A stretch of DNA of 60,876 bases, filler included, from Dirinaria sp. TL-2023a (Eukaryota), in the NCBI GenBank assembly GCA_051941275.1. It is 12 parts of 12 records of this genome, joined end to end, with 100 filler letters (N's around TTAATTAATTAA, not from the genome) between each part and the next. Parts side by side here need not be neighbours in the genome. Positions count along the whole stretch, not along the records: positions 10,217 to 15,219 come from JAVEBF010001739.1; positions 15,320 to 20,315 come from JAVEBF010001740.1; positions 20,416 to 25,398 come from JAVEBF010001741.1; 9 more parts are not named here. One strand, 5' to 3'. The position numbers were made by a program, and so were the translations under genes. How positions within the stretch are numbered: position 1 is the stretch's first letter; each line of letters starts with the position of its first letter. Below are positions 11,428 through 23,736 of the stretch, piece by piece. The notes beneath the pieces were generated by a model. The model made no database searches and had not been told where the DNA came from. It worked only from the letters and a program-made list of their open reading frames with translations.

Positions 11428-13150
11428 ATGTCGAATACAACCACCACTCGCATCTGGGAGTCGCCACAACCCAATGACTCCCCATCGGCCAACAACTCCT
11501 CTCGGGGTGGTCAGCTTCCGTCTATTGCAACTCTTACCAACAACCTGCCTGCCGGTGCCCCTGCCCAAGTTTCTTCTCCAGTCAATCCACCAAACAATCG
11601 GGACTCGGATCAATGGCCAAGTCAACCGCAGAGCACTCGTAAGCCTTTTCATCCAGTCTCTTCTCATACAGCCTTTGGTGCCTGGCTCATGCCCATGAAT
11701 TCTTGCAACATCTCATCGACAGCCAAAGCTCGATGACGTGCCTGCTGACCCCTTTTTTAGGCTCATCGGCATACTCGTCCGGCTTCAACTATTATCAGTC
11801 TTCGGGGCTAAGCTCTCCTCACCGAGCCTCGAATTCCAGCCAACTGGCAACGACTTCGCACCCCGCAGACTACCCTTTCGGTAACTCCCAGTCTTCACCT
11901 GGCTTTGCTCCACATCATCAGAGTCTAGGCCTGCCGAACCTCAACCAGTACGCTGACGGCTCTCAATACCGCAACAGCCACGAATTCCCCCCTCAAGAAT
12001 CCCGCCGTAGCAGTCTTGGCAGTCAGGTCAACAGCGGCTTCAATAATCTCCACCTCAATGGCGCACCGTCCCCTTACGCTGGCAGTACGAATGCCTCTCA
12101 GAGCTCTATCGCCCTGAGTCTTCAGCGTGAACGAGGTATGCCCCCGGCTGTCAATGGCTTACGAAACTCTCGAGCATCGTCGAACATGCAGCAGCCGATG
12201 TCGCCGTTGAGTCCTCTTCCCGGCGAGAGTCGCCAAGCATTCTCGTCGAGGACCGCTCCTGTCATCAGTGCGAATCCAATCAGAGAGGTGTACAACGCCG
12301 ACAAACCTACCGCTGGTCAGCCTTATGCCTTCCCGGATCCGGACATGTCAAACAGGTCCAGTGGTAGTGCAGATGATCCTCGCTCGGCCACTACCGCTAT
12401 GTCTCGACGCAACAGTGACCACACGTCAGTCACAAGCAGCATCTTCACTACAGACTCTCGTTTGCCTCCGGGCCAGCATAGGCTGGATGACGGTCAGTTT
12501 TTGCAGTTCCGTACACGTATAGCTTTCGCTGATAGCGGCTTCTTCCAGAAATGTCTGGTACCCATCACCATACGCTCCAGCATAAGCAAGTCAGCCAATT
12601 GACAGGAGAATCGGACTCCCCCGATGCCACTTCCCCATATAGCCGGACACCAGCTCTACGAGCGAGCCACAAGCTCGCTGAGCGGAAGCGTCGGACGGAG
12701 ATGAAGTACCTCTTTGATGGTCTCCGGAATCAGATCCCAGCAAGCCACGGTAGCAAGGCTAGCAAATGGGAGATTCTCTCCAAAGGTAAATCTTCCCAAT
12801 CATCTTAGTCTTCCAACCTGCTTTGACCTAGACTTACCCTATCCTTAGCATCTGATTATATCAAATCTCTCGAGAGCTCCAATGTTCAAGGCCGACAAGC
12901 GCAAGAGCAGTTGAGCATCGCGGATCAAGAGCTGCTGCGAATAAGGCGCGAGAACGAAAGCTTGCGTCACGAGAATCATCGGTTATTCCAAGAAATGGAG
13001 CATTTCCGAACCGCCCCTCCGCCGGCGGCTAGCCATGCACCGCCTATGGTTTATGGTAGCCAAGCTGACCCTTCGCGCTCACTGCCGCCGCTTTCAAATG
13101 GAGCGCCGACGGGTATGCAGGGCGTGCAGTATACGGATGAGCGTCGCTAG
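11428..13150 (+). CDS. bHLH transcription factor, Esc1/DevR(Hpa3)-like, about 493 aa, 4 exons
   Basis: Exons 11428-11638, 11761-12492, 12549-12785, 12849-13150 (1482 nt). bHLH SPYSRTPALRASHKLAERKRRTEMKYLFDGLR...SKWEILSKASDYI is followed by a coiled coil. Confidence 0.88.
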
Positions 13151-14180
13151 GACGGGACTGGGCAAGATAGGACCAAGAAAATGGACCCTTCTTCCTCCAA
13201 CACCGCCTGTTCGAGCGAATGGAACCTACCGTCCACCTGTTCTCTCTGTGATATCTTTCATCATCTACAATCTTCGGCACGGCTTGTATCAAAAGTTATT
13301 CTCATCGATCCGATCGGTATTCGTGTATTACATGGCTTGGTGGCTTTTCGTCTGGACATGCCTGTCCTACGCGTCCTCGACCGATTCATGTACGGCTGCT
13401 ACGCGATTATGGGTGGCACGAAATCTGTTCTGAAAAAAACATTTGCATCGGCTGCGTCTCTGTAACTTTGTGCGCATGTTATACCTTCCTTGCTGCGAAT
13501 ACCCTTGATTTGGCACACCTGCTGCAACGACGGATTCTTCTCGGTCCAGGCGATATGTGAGATGGACGTGTAATGGGATTTGACAGCGTGGCATGACCGA
13601 GGGAAATGTCGTGCGATGGATGACTGGCGGGTTCGCGCCAGGCGCTGTTCGTTGCAAGGGCTTCTGCTTCCGGGGTGTTTCGCGCTCTGGCCGAGCCTGT
13701 ATGACTGACTTGTTTGTAAGACGGTCTGAAGGAAGGAAGGAAGAGTGCGGTGAGAGAGCCGGCTTTCACCTCTCTGCTTCTTCGCTGTATGTAGATGTAA
13801 TGTTTTATAGATTTGCTATTGTTCACTACCTTCCACTTCCAGTAAATCGTTTTTTGAAGTTATCGTGTGTTGTTATTATATCATACTACCTTATGCATGA
13901 AAAGCTCGGCTGTCTCAAGTGCCCGGAGAGAAGTCCACTCATCAAACTCACCCACCTGCCTAACCAAGCACCCGAACCTCAATTACTCGACGGGATATGT
14001 ATATAACAGCAGCGGGTCTCATATCCAGCATGAAAAGGGTCACGGCAGCTGTTGCAGCATACCGGCCGCCTTGAACAACGCAACTCCAGTGTAAACGTGC
14101 TCTCAAACATCCCCCACCTCCCCCACTCGAACGAACAAACACAAGCACATCCCCAATCCCCACAGAACGCTCCTACAGCA

Positions 14181-15219
14181 ATGTCTACCAATGGCGCGGC
14201 CATGAACGGCCAACTGCCCAACACCAATGGCACGAATGGCACGAATGGCACGAGCCCAATGGCTCCAATTCCAGAATCCAACCCTCAAGCCTTTGACTTC
14301 CGCAGTATGATACACCACCCTCACCCCCTCTCTATTTCCTTCCCCTAGCATAAACCAAAAGTAAAGGAAAAGAAAATCAGAGCAATCTAACATACCTTCC
14401 TTAACCAGGCGACGTCGTAACGCGGCGCACGCCCGCAATGACGGCCTCGATCCTCAGCACGAGCGAAGGCGACGACGTCTTCGGCGACGACAGCACGACC
14501 TCGGCCCTGGAAACGTTCATCGCGGAGCTGACGGGGTTCGAGGCCGCGCTGCTGGTCATGAGCGGCACGATGGGGAACCAGCTGTGTATAAGGACGCACA
14601 TGACGGCGCCGCCGCACAGTATTGTTGCGGATGCGCGGAGCCATGTCATGGGCTGGTACGTCTATCTTCTTCCCTGAGTTGAGGTTTTTAATGACGGGAA
14701 TATATATAAATACAGGGAAGCAGGCGGCCTAGCCTCTCTAACCGGCGCCCTCGCGATCCCCATCCACCCATCAAACGGGCACCACCTGACCCTCCCCGAT
14801 CTAAAATCCCACACCATCCTCTCCCACGATATCCACGCCTGCCCCACGACCTTACTCACTCTCGAGAACACCCTCAACGGCACCATCCTGCCCCTCTCCG
14901 CCCTCTCCTCCATATCAACCTGGACCCGCTCCCTGTCGCCCCCCCTCAAAATCCACCTCGACGGCGCCCGCCTCTGGGAAGCGTGCGCCGCCGGCGCAGG
15001 CTCCCTGGCTCAATACTGTTCGCACGTCGACAGCGTCAGTCTCTGTTTCAGCAAAGGCCTCGGCGCACCGATCGGCAGCATTATTGCCGGCTCTGCCACG
15101 TTCATCCAGCGCGCGCGTCATATCAGGAAGGGCCTGGGCGGCGGGATAAGGCAGGCGGGATGGATCTCGGGTCCTGCGCGCGTGGCTGTGGATGAGACGT
15201 TCTTGGGCGGGAAGTTGGG
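14181..15219 (+). CDS. GLY1: Low-specificity L-threonine aldolase (PLP), 3' truncated at the linker
   Basis: Exons 14181-14304, 14409-14655, 14716-gap. Motifs FDFRSDVVT, GDDVFGDD, SGTMGNQL, LENTLNG, HLDGARLW and SLCFSKGLGAPIGS (PLP Lys). N-terminal NGT tandem repeat. Confidence 0.9.
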
Positions 15220-15319
15220 NNNNNNNNNNNNNNNNNNNNNNNNNNNNNNNNNNNNNNNNNNNNTTAATTAATTAANNNNNNNNNNNNNNNNNNNNNNNNN
15301 NNNNNNNNNNNNNNNNNNN

Positions 15320-15350
15320 CCGCCCTTCGCCCCGCCCTTCGCCCCGCCCT
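15320..15350 (+). repeat. Short GC-rich tandem repeat (CGCCCTTCGCCC-like) at contig start
   Basis: ccgcccttcgccccgcccttcgccccgccct read directly; probable cause of the assembly break. Confidence 0.7.
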
Positions 15351-16843
15351 TTCGTCCATGTTCCGTCCCTTACTAGCCTTGCATTGCCAGCCACATCCGG
15401 TTCGGTGCTGACATGGCGTTCTGATGCTATTCCTGGCAGAAGAATTACGGCGGAATGGAACGTTTTATAGTCATACTTTAGGTTCTCTTCCAGAATTGAA
15501 GCAGCCGCCTGACGGAGTTCGATGCATTTTTTCACGGCAGAAAACGGTGGTGGGTGGGCAATCGTCACGGAAAAGGCCGTCGCCGCAGCCAAGGAAGGCT
15601 GTGCACATCCCAAGACTAATGATCTGCCGGGACTCAGATTCTGCACGTCATCCATAATGAGATTCTTCGATTGTTGAACTGGCTTCTGATGCTGTCATAT
15701 CCTAGCTCGGTTACTCCAATGGCCTGCTTCGTTGGTGTTCAGACACTTGGCGCAGCGGCAGTGGTGTGCGGAGTATAGTCAAGCACGACGATTTCATCGT
15801 CCGCTATCACCATACCACGCCCTCGAAACAACAAATCAGTTCGGCTCCCTTTCATTTGGAGACGCTAGCGACCTTGACACATGGCACCAATTTGAGCTGC
15901 TCGACACCACTCAAATCCCACGACGTTCATTGATTTGGAAAACAACCTCGGTCACGATCCACGTGCTGCGGAGCCGATGGATCAACCGCTCTTGACTTTG
16001 GGCATATCCCCTTCTGTACGCGATGGAACTCTGTGGCTGGCACAGGAGCGCAATGCAATCCGCCGGCAGATGTGTCAATGCTCTGTGATGAGCCGTACGT
16101 TCCAGAGATGTTGGACTATCGTAGCTCGAGATTTGCAGGCAAGTTTGAACACTATACGAACGCGCCAAGCCTCCCCTGAATAAAGTGTCCGGGGTTTTTT
16201 GCAGACTGCAAGCATGCCGCTTGGTCGCTAAATCTTCCTAAGGCGTGTAGGTTGTGTATTCACATAAATTAGACCAAATTTTGTTCTTCGTCTCAGGTTT
16301 GTACTAAGCAGCGTTCGTCTCAATTATTGGATCGGTCTCACCGTGCTCCACGGTAGTGTCATTCGTAGCAGACGTATGGCGCATGTAGGATCTTTTTTTC
16401 TTTTCCCTTTTCGTCAAGCATTCCTCCGTGAAATTGATTACCTCGGCTTCAGATGCTAAATGAAGTCGTGAAGCCCTTGGCGTTGGATCGAGAAGATGGT
16501 GTGCTCCAAAAAATCAACAGATAACTACCTTATGCAACAGTATGATTGAACAACGCCGCTGATGTGGACCTGACAGGAGTTCGCGCGAGCAATACCGCTC
16601 ATGCCGAAGACTAGCACATATTAGCTTTCCTGGGAGATTTGCTTGCCTCGGGGAAGTCCATTCCAAAGGGTATATAAGAAGCTTGAGGAACCCTTCCAGG
16701 ACGACATCCAAGGTTCAAAGTTCAAGGCCCCCCTACACTTTCCTTCTCGACAGTAACACTTGCGAGCAGCTATCCAAGCCCTTGCGGAGTAACTATATCT
16801 GTCTTCAGAAAGTTGTCCACAATCCGTCCTCTCATCAGAAAGC

Positions 16844-18233
16844 ATGTATCTCACAATGACTGTTACCAATGGCACCGAGAGTGAAACGGTCACAGTACCT
16901 GCAGTCATGGGCCAGAAATACGAGACTGTCATCACACCAACGAAGGGCGTTCACGCTTCAGAACGTACAAAGGAACCAACTCTAAATGGGCATTTGAACG
17001 GCGTATCCCAGCCGCCCAACGAAATCACCGTGAACGGTGGCCTTAGCCTGCCAGCAATCCCCACTGTCGACGGCAAGACCGAAGTTGCTACTCCACCAGG
17101 TCAACTCAACGGGCATACGGATGACTTGAAGTCTCTGCAAGCCTTCGGCAATGGCCATGTGGACGAAGACCTGCTCCCATCTACAAAGCTTCAGCGGCTC
17201 CTCAAAGAAACGGACGAAATCATAGTCTGTCCAGGTGTCTATGACGGCTTCTCGGCCCGTATCGCGCTTTCTGTGGGATTCAAAGCAATGTACATGGTAA
17301 GCTGCACTCCAACTCTTGTTGACCAACCTTCGAAGCATTTGCTCATATCAGCCAGACAGGAGCAGGAACCACGGCTTCACGGCTTGGAATGGCTGACTTG
17401 GGCATTGCTCAGCTTCATGACATGCGTGAGCATGCCGAGATGATTGCCAACTTGGACCCTAATGGAACCCCACTGATAGCAGATATGGATACGGGCTATG
17501 GTGGTACGTCCTATGACTCGTGCTTTTTCGGTTGCCCATCCTCCTCTCCTCTCGCTCTCCACCCAACCAAATACTGCATAACAGAGTCTGTGCTGACCCA
17601 CCTTGCTCAGGCCCTATCATGGTCACCAACGCCGTGAATCAATACATCCGTGCTGGTGTTGCAGGCTTTCACATTGAAGATCAAGTGCAACACAAGCGCT
17701 GCGGCCATTTGCAAGGCAAAAAGGTCGTCGAACCTGAGGTCTACCTTTCCCGCATCCGAGCCGCCAAAGCAGCCAAAGACAAAGCACATTCGGACATCGT
17801 CCTCATCGCTCGTACAGATGCGAACCAACAATACGGTTACGACGAATGCATATCTCGTCTGAAAGCTGCGCGGGACATCGGCGCCGACGTCGGTCTGCTC
17901 GAGGGTTTCACATCCAAAGAACAGGCTCGACAAGCAGTGCAAGATCTAGCACCATGGCCTCTGCTGCTCAACAGTGTAGAGAACGGACACAGCCCGCTGA
18001 TCACCGTGGACGAGGCGAAAGACATGGGCTTCCGCATCATGATCTTCTCGTTCGCAGCTTTGGCCCCCGCGTATACGGCTATCAAGAGCACTTTCGAAAC
18101 GCTCAAGTACAAAGGCGTTACAGGAACCCAGAAGGAACTGACACCAAAAGTTCTGTTCGATGTCTGCGGCTTGCAAGACTCGATGACGATCGACGCCAAT
18201 GCTGGAGGACTCGCTTTCGCAGGAGGTGTATAG
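16844..18233 (+). CDS. oahA: Oxaloacetate acetylhydrolase (ICL/PEP mutase superfamily), about 407 aa, 3 exons
   Basis: Exons 16844-17296, 17356-17503, 17611-18233 (1224 nt). Motifs CPGVYDG, TGAGTTASRLG, ADMDTGYGG, HIEDQ..KRCGHL and IARTDA. IMIFSFA carries the Ser reported to distinguish OAH from Pro-containing DMML-type paralogues. Confidence 0.88.
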
Positions 18234-21200
18234 GCAAGCCAGAGGTACCGCAGGCAGTTATTGGCCGTTTCAGACTTTGACCGAATGCTTATTTCATTTC
18301 CTGCGAGCTTGGCAAGATTAAGTGTCATTTAGAATTCAATGTTAGTAATCGTACTGATTTGACATTGCGTATCATAATACTTTACCCTTGCCTCTACCAC
18401 CAATGACAAGCGACAGGGGTATAAAGACCTGCAATCTGTTCCTCGGCATTTTTCCGCTGGCAATACTACATTGTCAGCAGTAGCGCACCTGGTGCAAGCT
18501 GCACCGGTTGCCATCGTTGAGTATCGGGTGCTCGATGGCCCCGGCTGCCGGTTTTTCGTTTTCCAACTCTAGAGAGGCAGATTTATGCAATATTCCTGTT
18601 ACTCATTGACTGTCCGCACAACCAAGCGCACAGGACTCTACAATTCCTTCGTGATACACAAAAGATATTCCTTGTAGTTTTGGGCTGTACCGAACAAATC
18701 TCTCCAAGCGCAATCTCACACCCCGCAAGTTCAATGCCGGCAGGTATCGCGTGTCAGCAGCGTGGGACACCGTCGATCAGTCATCGTGGACATGAGATGT
18801 TAGTAGATTATTCCGAGCCCATGATTGGAGGGAGGAGAAATGGGGACCCTGTAAACCACCCACAAACCGCCATGCTTCTTGCAATGTACGTATCCTTGTT
18901 GCACATCTCTCGGCAGCATCATGGATCTGCTTGCTGCTCCACTCCCCCTCATGCACGCTCCTGGGGTTTCGACGAGTTTCACCCTTCTCCGCGCAGGTAA
19001 TGCACGCACACGAGTCAAATTCATGACGCGGACGATTGGACCAGAATCATTTGTCCACTGAGCGATCAGATGTGGCCAAGACAACGAGTTTGTCTATGAT
19101 GAGCCTATCTTTGAAACTGCAGCAATTTTTCTTCCGGATGATGCCTTCGTCACATCTGCAATATTTTTCAATACCGTGATGGAGGTCCAGACGCGGATGA
19201 AATAAGGTATGTCCCGTACTAAGGTACTTTCCGGTAAGTGCGTCCAGCAAAATGATGGTGTCATACCAAGACCAACTAATTACCTTAACCAATTAGGCCT
19301 AGTCCATCTACGGACCTCTGCCCGCACCCACCCTCTACAAAACCCAACCCACCACCGCGGCATTTGGTCCGCGTGTGTATGTGTGTATGTGTGCTCATTA
19401 CCGGGTTGGTGGGTGGCAGGAGTGAACCTTCTTTGTATGATCCTTCTCGAACACGAAAGACCGTCGAGATAGGCACACCTCCCACCGACCGGAACGGGCC
19501 GTGTCTCAACAATATCCAAACGGAACATGCTTAAAGGTAAAGGATAGTAGGGGGAGTAGCCCCCCACCGAGCCCGCACACCCAAATGAAAACTTCACCTC
19601 ATGCGAGAAACTGTTCTCGTCGTGCAAGATGGAGGCAGTCGGCGAACCCGCCTTGGTGACCCTGTCCAAAAACTCTCTGGTTACTCTCTCCGTAATTTGC
19701 TGTTTTCCCCCTTTCTATTACATAAGAGCAATCGCCGGTTCGGACCAAAATTCCGTTAATAATAATGGGGGAGTGGATTCAAGTGTGTTCTGCCTCGTTA
19801 CTAAAAGCGCCTTTCCCGAAGGGTTCGCATTTCCTTTGATAATGAGTTTTGCTGCACGATCATCTATGATTGCTAGCTACCTTCTGGTCCTCTCTCCCGC
19901 CTCCCTCAAATTCCGCTATGGCAATTCATAAGCGCCACAAGAGCTGCAAATAACGACTTTACATACAAAATGACAATCGAAATCTCATCAAAGCCATTTA
20001 AAAAAAAAAAAAAAAAATCTCCACGCCAGAAACGCAGACCACAAATCAACAATCTCCACCATCAAATTCCCGAAACTTGTATTCAGCTCTCTTCACGCCA
20101 CTCGTCATTGCGCACGATTGCACCACCTTTACATAGAAAAGCACGTTCCAAAACCGTCCTCTCCTCTCCGCAGATACAACGAGGACTCTTCGCAGCTCTA
20201 CAGCCGAAACTTAAGCAACCCCATTTTTTGCCCCGTGACGAGGAAGGGGGGAAGAAAATCGAAACTTCGAACCCAGTGACGCAAGACAAAAAAGTGACAG
20301 CTTTCTATTGACTTCNNNNNNNNNNNNNNNNNNNNNNNNNNNNNNNNNNNNNNNNNNNNTTAATTAATTAANNNNNNNNNNNNNNNNNNNNNNNNNNNNN
20401 NNNNNNNNNNNNNNNGGTGGCGAGACAGCATTGTGTTGCTCACAAGGAGTTTGTCAGTGTTCATCGAAGTGATGTGGACAAAGAATGAGTTGAGTCATGT
20501 TTCGTGAGATATCACAATCGCATTGTTTGACGGGTTCGATGCTGCGATTTGAACACTGGCCTCTGAGTTCCGGATCTATCAGCAGCCGCATGCTAATAAA
20601 AGGGGGATTTTCAGCAAATTAATTGTGCTTGGGATTCGTGAATTAGCATAAATCGCTCCGAGTTCGTACCACCTGTGGATTCCGAAGGTACTTGCTGACG
20701 ACTTCGCTTCCAATCCGGGACGAGTAAGCCATTTGGCATTTTTTGAGAGCTAAGTCTGGGGAGTGAACTGTATCGTTCAAGTCACAAAACCCTCTGCTGG
20801 TGGAAACAGTGTTGCAGCAAGTAGTTGAGGATAGCCAAGATTTGAAACTTCCATACCTCGGCAAGAATGGACGATTGGTCTGTTCATAAGTGCATTCAAT
20901 TCGTCCATTTCTATCGTTCGTGATACTGATCAACTTCAACGGTGTGACTATTCAAGGACGCCATTTCCTTGCTGAACCAGTCCGTCATCAATTCGTGGAT
21001 ACGTTTCATCATGAGTTGCTGGTCTGCTTGGCAAACGCTTAGAATGGGCACCTCGACACGGCGTGTGAGAGTAGCGATGATACTATCGGAGGAAGAGCAC
21101 CTCAGCGTGACTGGCATTGGCGAGTGGGTGCTATATCAAAAACGCTGGTGGAAGGTTCGGCTTACTTCTAATAGCAAGTCCGTAGCTGTGTGATGTAGAC

Positions 21201-21312
21201 TTGTAATGGGTTTTGTAGGCTCGATGAGGATGAATCTTGTATAATATCTTCCTACGAGGCATATTTCACCATTTCGCAAGCCGGCGAATCCCTACTCAGA
21301 TGACTAAAAGTG

Positions 21313-23736
21313 TCACTTGGACATATTTAGCCCTATCTGCTCAAAGACTTCCTTGAAATTATCTGGATCGGTAGCATCAATGAAGTAGCAATATAATTTC
21401 CTGCCGGGCCGTTTATCAAGGCTCCGAAACGAAGTGGCAATATACATGCGGAGACTATTGCTGTCCGTGATGCCGGCGGAATCCGGGAAGAAGTCGGAGA
21501 AAGGGTGTATCTTGAGATTCTCTTCGAACACATCATTCTTCGTAAAGAGAAGGACAATAGGGTTCCCGACGCAAGCGGCGAATTGCTTGAAATCGCTCAT
21601 GTCGGAACTCATCTGATTCTGGAGGAATCGATTAATTAGGCTTTGTTCCCTTTGCCGTATTTACTTACTAATTTGTTAGCGTCCGATGAGCGACGACAAT
21701 ACCCTGACAGCGCCACAGTGTATAGAAAGTAATCAACACTGTGATGCAACATAGGCCATTCTCCAAACCGTCCGAACCGTTCGCCGTTGTCGATGACTTT
21801 GTATAGAACAGATCCAAGTTTGTATGTGAATTGACGCTGGGAGAAACTCTTTCCAGACCTGGCACAGAATATGTCAATATTGGCAGCAGTACATTCATCT
21901 ACAAAAAGTAACCCAATTCGAGATGACAAGCTATGGCTTCATTTAGCGGCGTGTCCAGGCGCGATCGAGTCTGTAGACATACAATTCAATATTGTCGTGA
22001 AGTCCGTCCGAATCCTCCAAGCGCATCAGACGACAAATGCTCGGATCAAGTAGAAGCGTGCGAAACGCTAATACGTAAGGGACAACAGATTCATAGGAAA
22101 ACGATGCCTTCCGCTGCGTTTGAAGGTAACATCCATGAAAAGAGTTAATCATTTTTAAAGACTAAATCTCGCATCAGGTCTGTCCTAAATTGTTGCGGAA
22201 ACCGTGTATACGAACTTGGTGTGCCTGAGTACCTAGATCAATTCCAGAATCATCAACTCTGAAAGAGACCAAGATTGATGCAGACACCAGATTACCCAGA
22301 ATCGTAGTCCGAGCCTCTTCTTTTTCGCCGTCCGTGAATTCGTGTCCTTTCAGCGCGCGTAGGTGTTCAAAAATCGTGGTTTTGCCTGACAACGAGCTCC
22401 CTAAGGCAATAAATCTATCAGCACTCTGGTACCGCAGTGGCTGACTCATTTGCTTGATACTCTGATTGATGAAGTCCGGTCGGCTACTGCATGGCCTGAC
22501 TTGACAAATTGGAGTGAGAGAAGCAAGTCCCAAATCACAGGACATCGCTACCAATTCATTATCGGAGTGGGAACATCACTTTCACCGATGGGTGAACTAC
22601 TTCCCAGAAAGTCAATTTGGAAGAGCTGACCTTGAATTGGGATCTCTAGGGAACGATAGTGCCGGATGGCTGATCGAAGTTTAAATTGAGGGCCGCGTAC
22701 TGCAGTGGGTCTCAGTGGACCAAAGGCTTGTCGTTTACCAATATCAAAAGCACGCGAACGGTTCAGAGCTTGTTCCCTGTTTGGAGGTGATGTATAGTGC
22801 TGGGCATTGGTAAGTTCAGTCGCCACTATTGGCAGCGAAATAACGGAAATATTGGACACATTGGCAAGGCTCAGCCCCGAGAGGCAGGACCATCCGAAAG
22901 ATGGTGCTGTAGAGGATTGCAAAGACATGAGTGAGTCCCTCCACCTCACTCGAGCATATGCTCTAGATTGTCTCAGATCCCGTTCAAACGTAAACTCTTT
23001 CACGGCCGTCACTGTCGATTCGCGTTCTTCCTCCAGAGTTGGATCACTCGCCTTCCGCGGTGACTGGATGGTCGATACGTCGTCTTCGTCTTCAGCCTCT
23101 TTCAACGAAGCTGTAGGTCGTATTGTTCGTTGGGAGGACTCAAGGTTCAGTATCCGTGAATACAGGTCTTGATTGTTCTGCACCAAATCTCGGACAAGGC
23201 TCGTAAGCGTCTCGACAGAAGTTGTAGCCTGGTCGACGGAGGCACTGTATTGAGGGACAGGTCAGCTCAGACGGAGTGGTATGTAATCTCGAACTGGCGA
23301 AGATGTACCATGTCAGGGTTGTGAGCATTAAGTTTAAAGACTGCTTCGAAGAATTTAGACGCAAACACAGCCTCGCCAATACGGGCTCCTTCTTCATCCA
23401 CGCTATTCGACTACCAAGCCGTGTGGGTGTGCCATCATTCAAGGACTCGACCGTCTCTTCAAGCTCCGAAAAGGTCATCACACAGGCTGTCAGTGTCACC
23501 ACGACCTGCTCCACCATGATGAGAGCAGTGCGCGATCGTGAGCCAGCTCTTGTTCCTAGAAGGAAAGCCTGTAGTTGCGCCAGACAGGCGCTGATGTCGG
23601 ATACCTCTTGTAGAACGTCATTGGCGAGTTTGGGGGCATCTTTTGTGCCCCGGACGAAGGTGGTCAAGACCGACGAGACCTTTGCGGTAGCTCCGAGCAG
23701 GCCCACAACTGACGCCGCTACTGAGAGAGGATCCAT
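21313..23736 (-). CDS. HeLo-like (Helo_like_N / fungal STAND N-terminal) domain fused to a divergent G-alpha-like GTPase domain, about 657 aa, 6 exons
   Basis: Exons 23736-23309, 23244-22631, 22400-22216, 22161-21983, 21930-21669, 21618-21313 (1974 nt, all GT..AG, open frame). N-terminus MDPLSVAASVVGLL..DAP..EV..L..L. C-terminal half has EIPIQGSSLSGKTT, DIFCAR, VIDNGER, LLFTKND and FIDATD, collinear with G-alpha G1-G5. Confidence 0.8.

Noticed and set aside
11030..11698. 222-aa ORF overlapping the bHLH 5' region
   Set aside because: Non-ATG start, runs through an ATC microsatellite and a pyrimidine-rich UTR, and overlaps the true first exon out of frame.
14030..14074. Short upstream ORF MKRVTAAVAAYRPP before GLY1, resembling a mitochondrial presequence
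   Set aside because: It stops after 14 codons, is out of frame with GLY1, and no convincing splice joins them.
15424..16183. Chain of short plus-strand ORFs upstream of oahA
   Set aside because: No recognisable domain or coherent exon model.
20643..21193. Short ORFs downstream of the HeLo-like/G-alpha gene as a possible partner gene
   Set aside because: No consistent frame, splice pattern or motif could be assembled.
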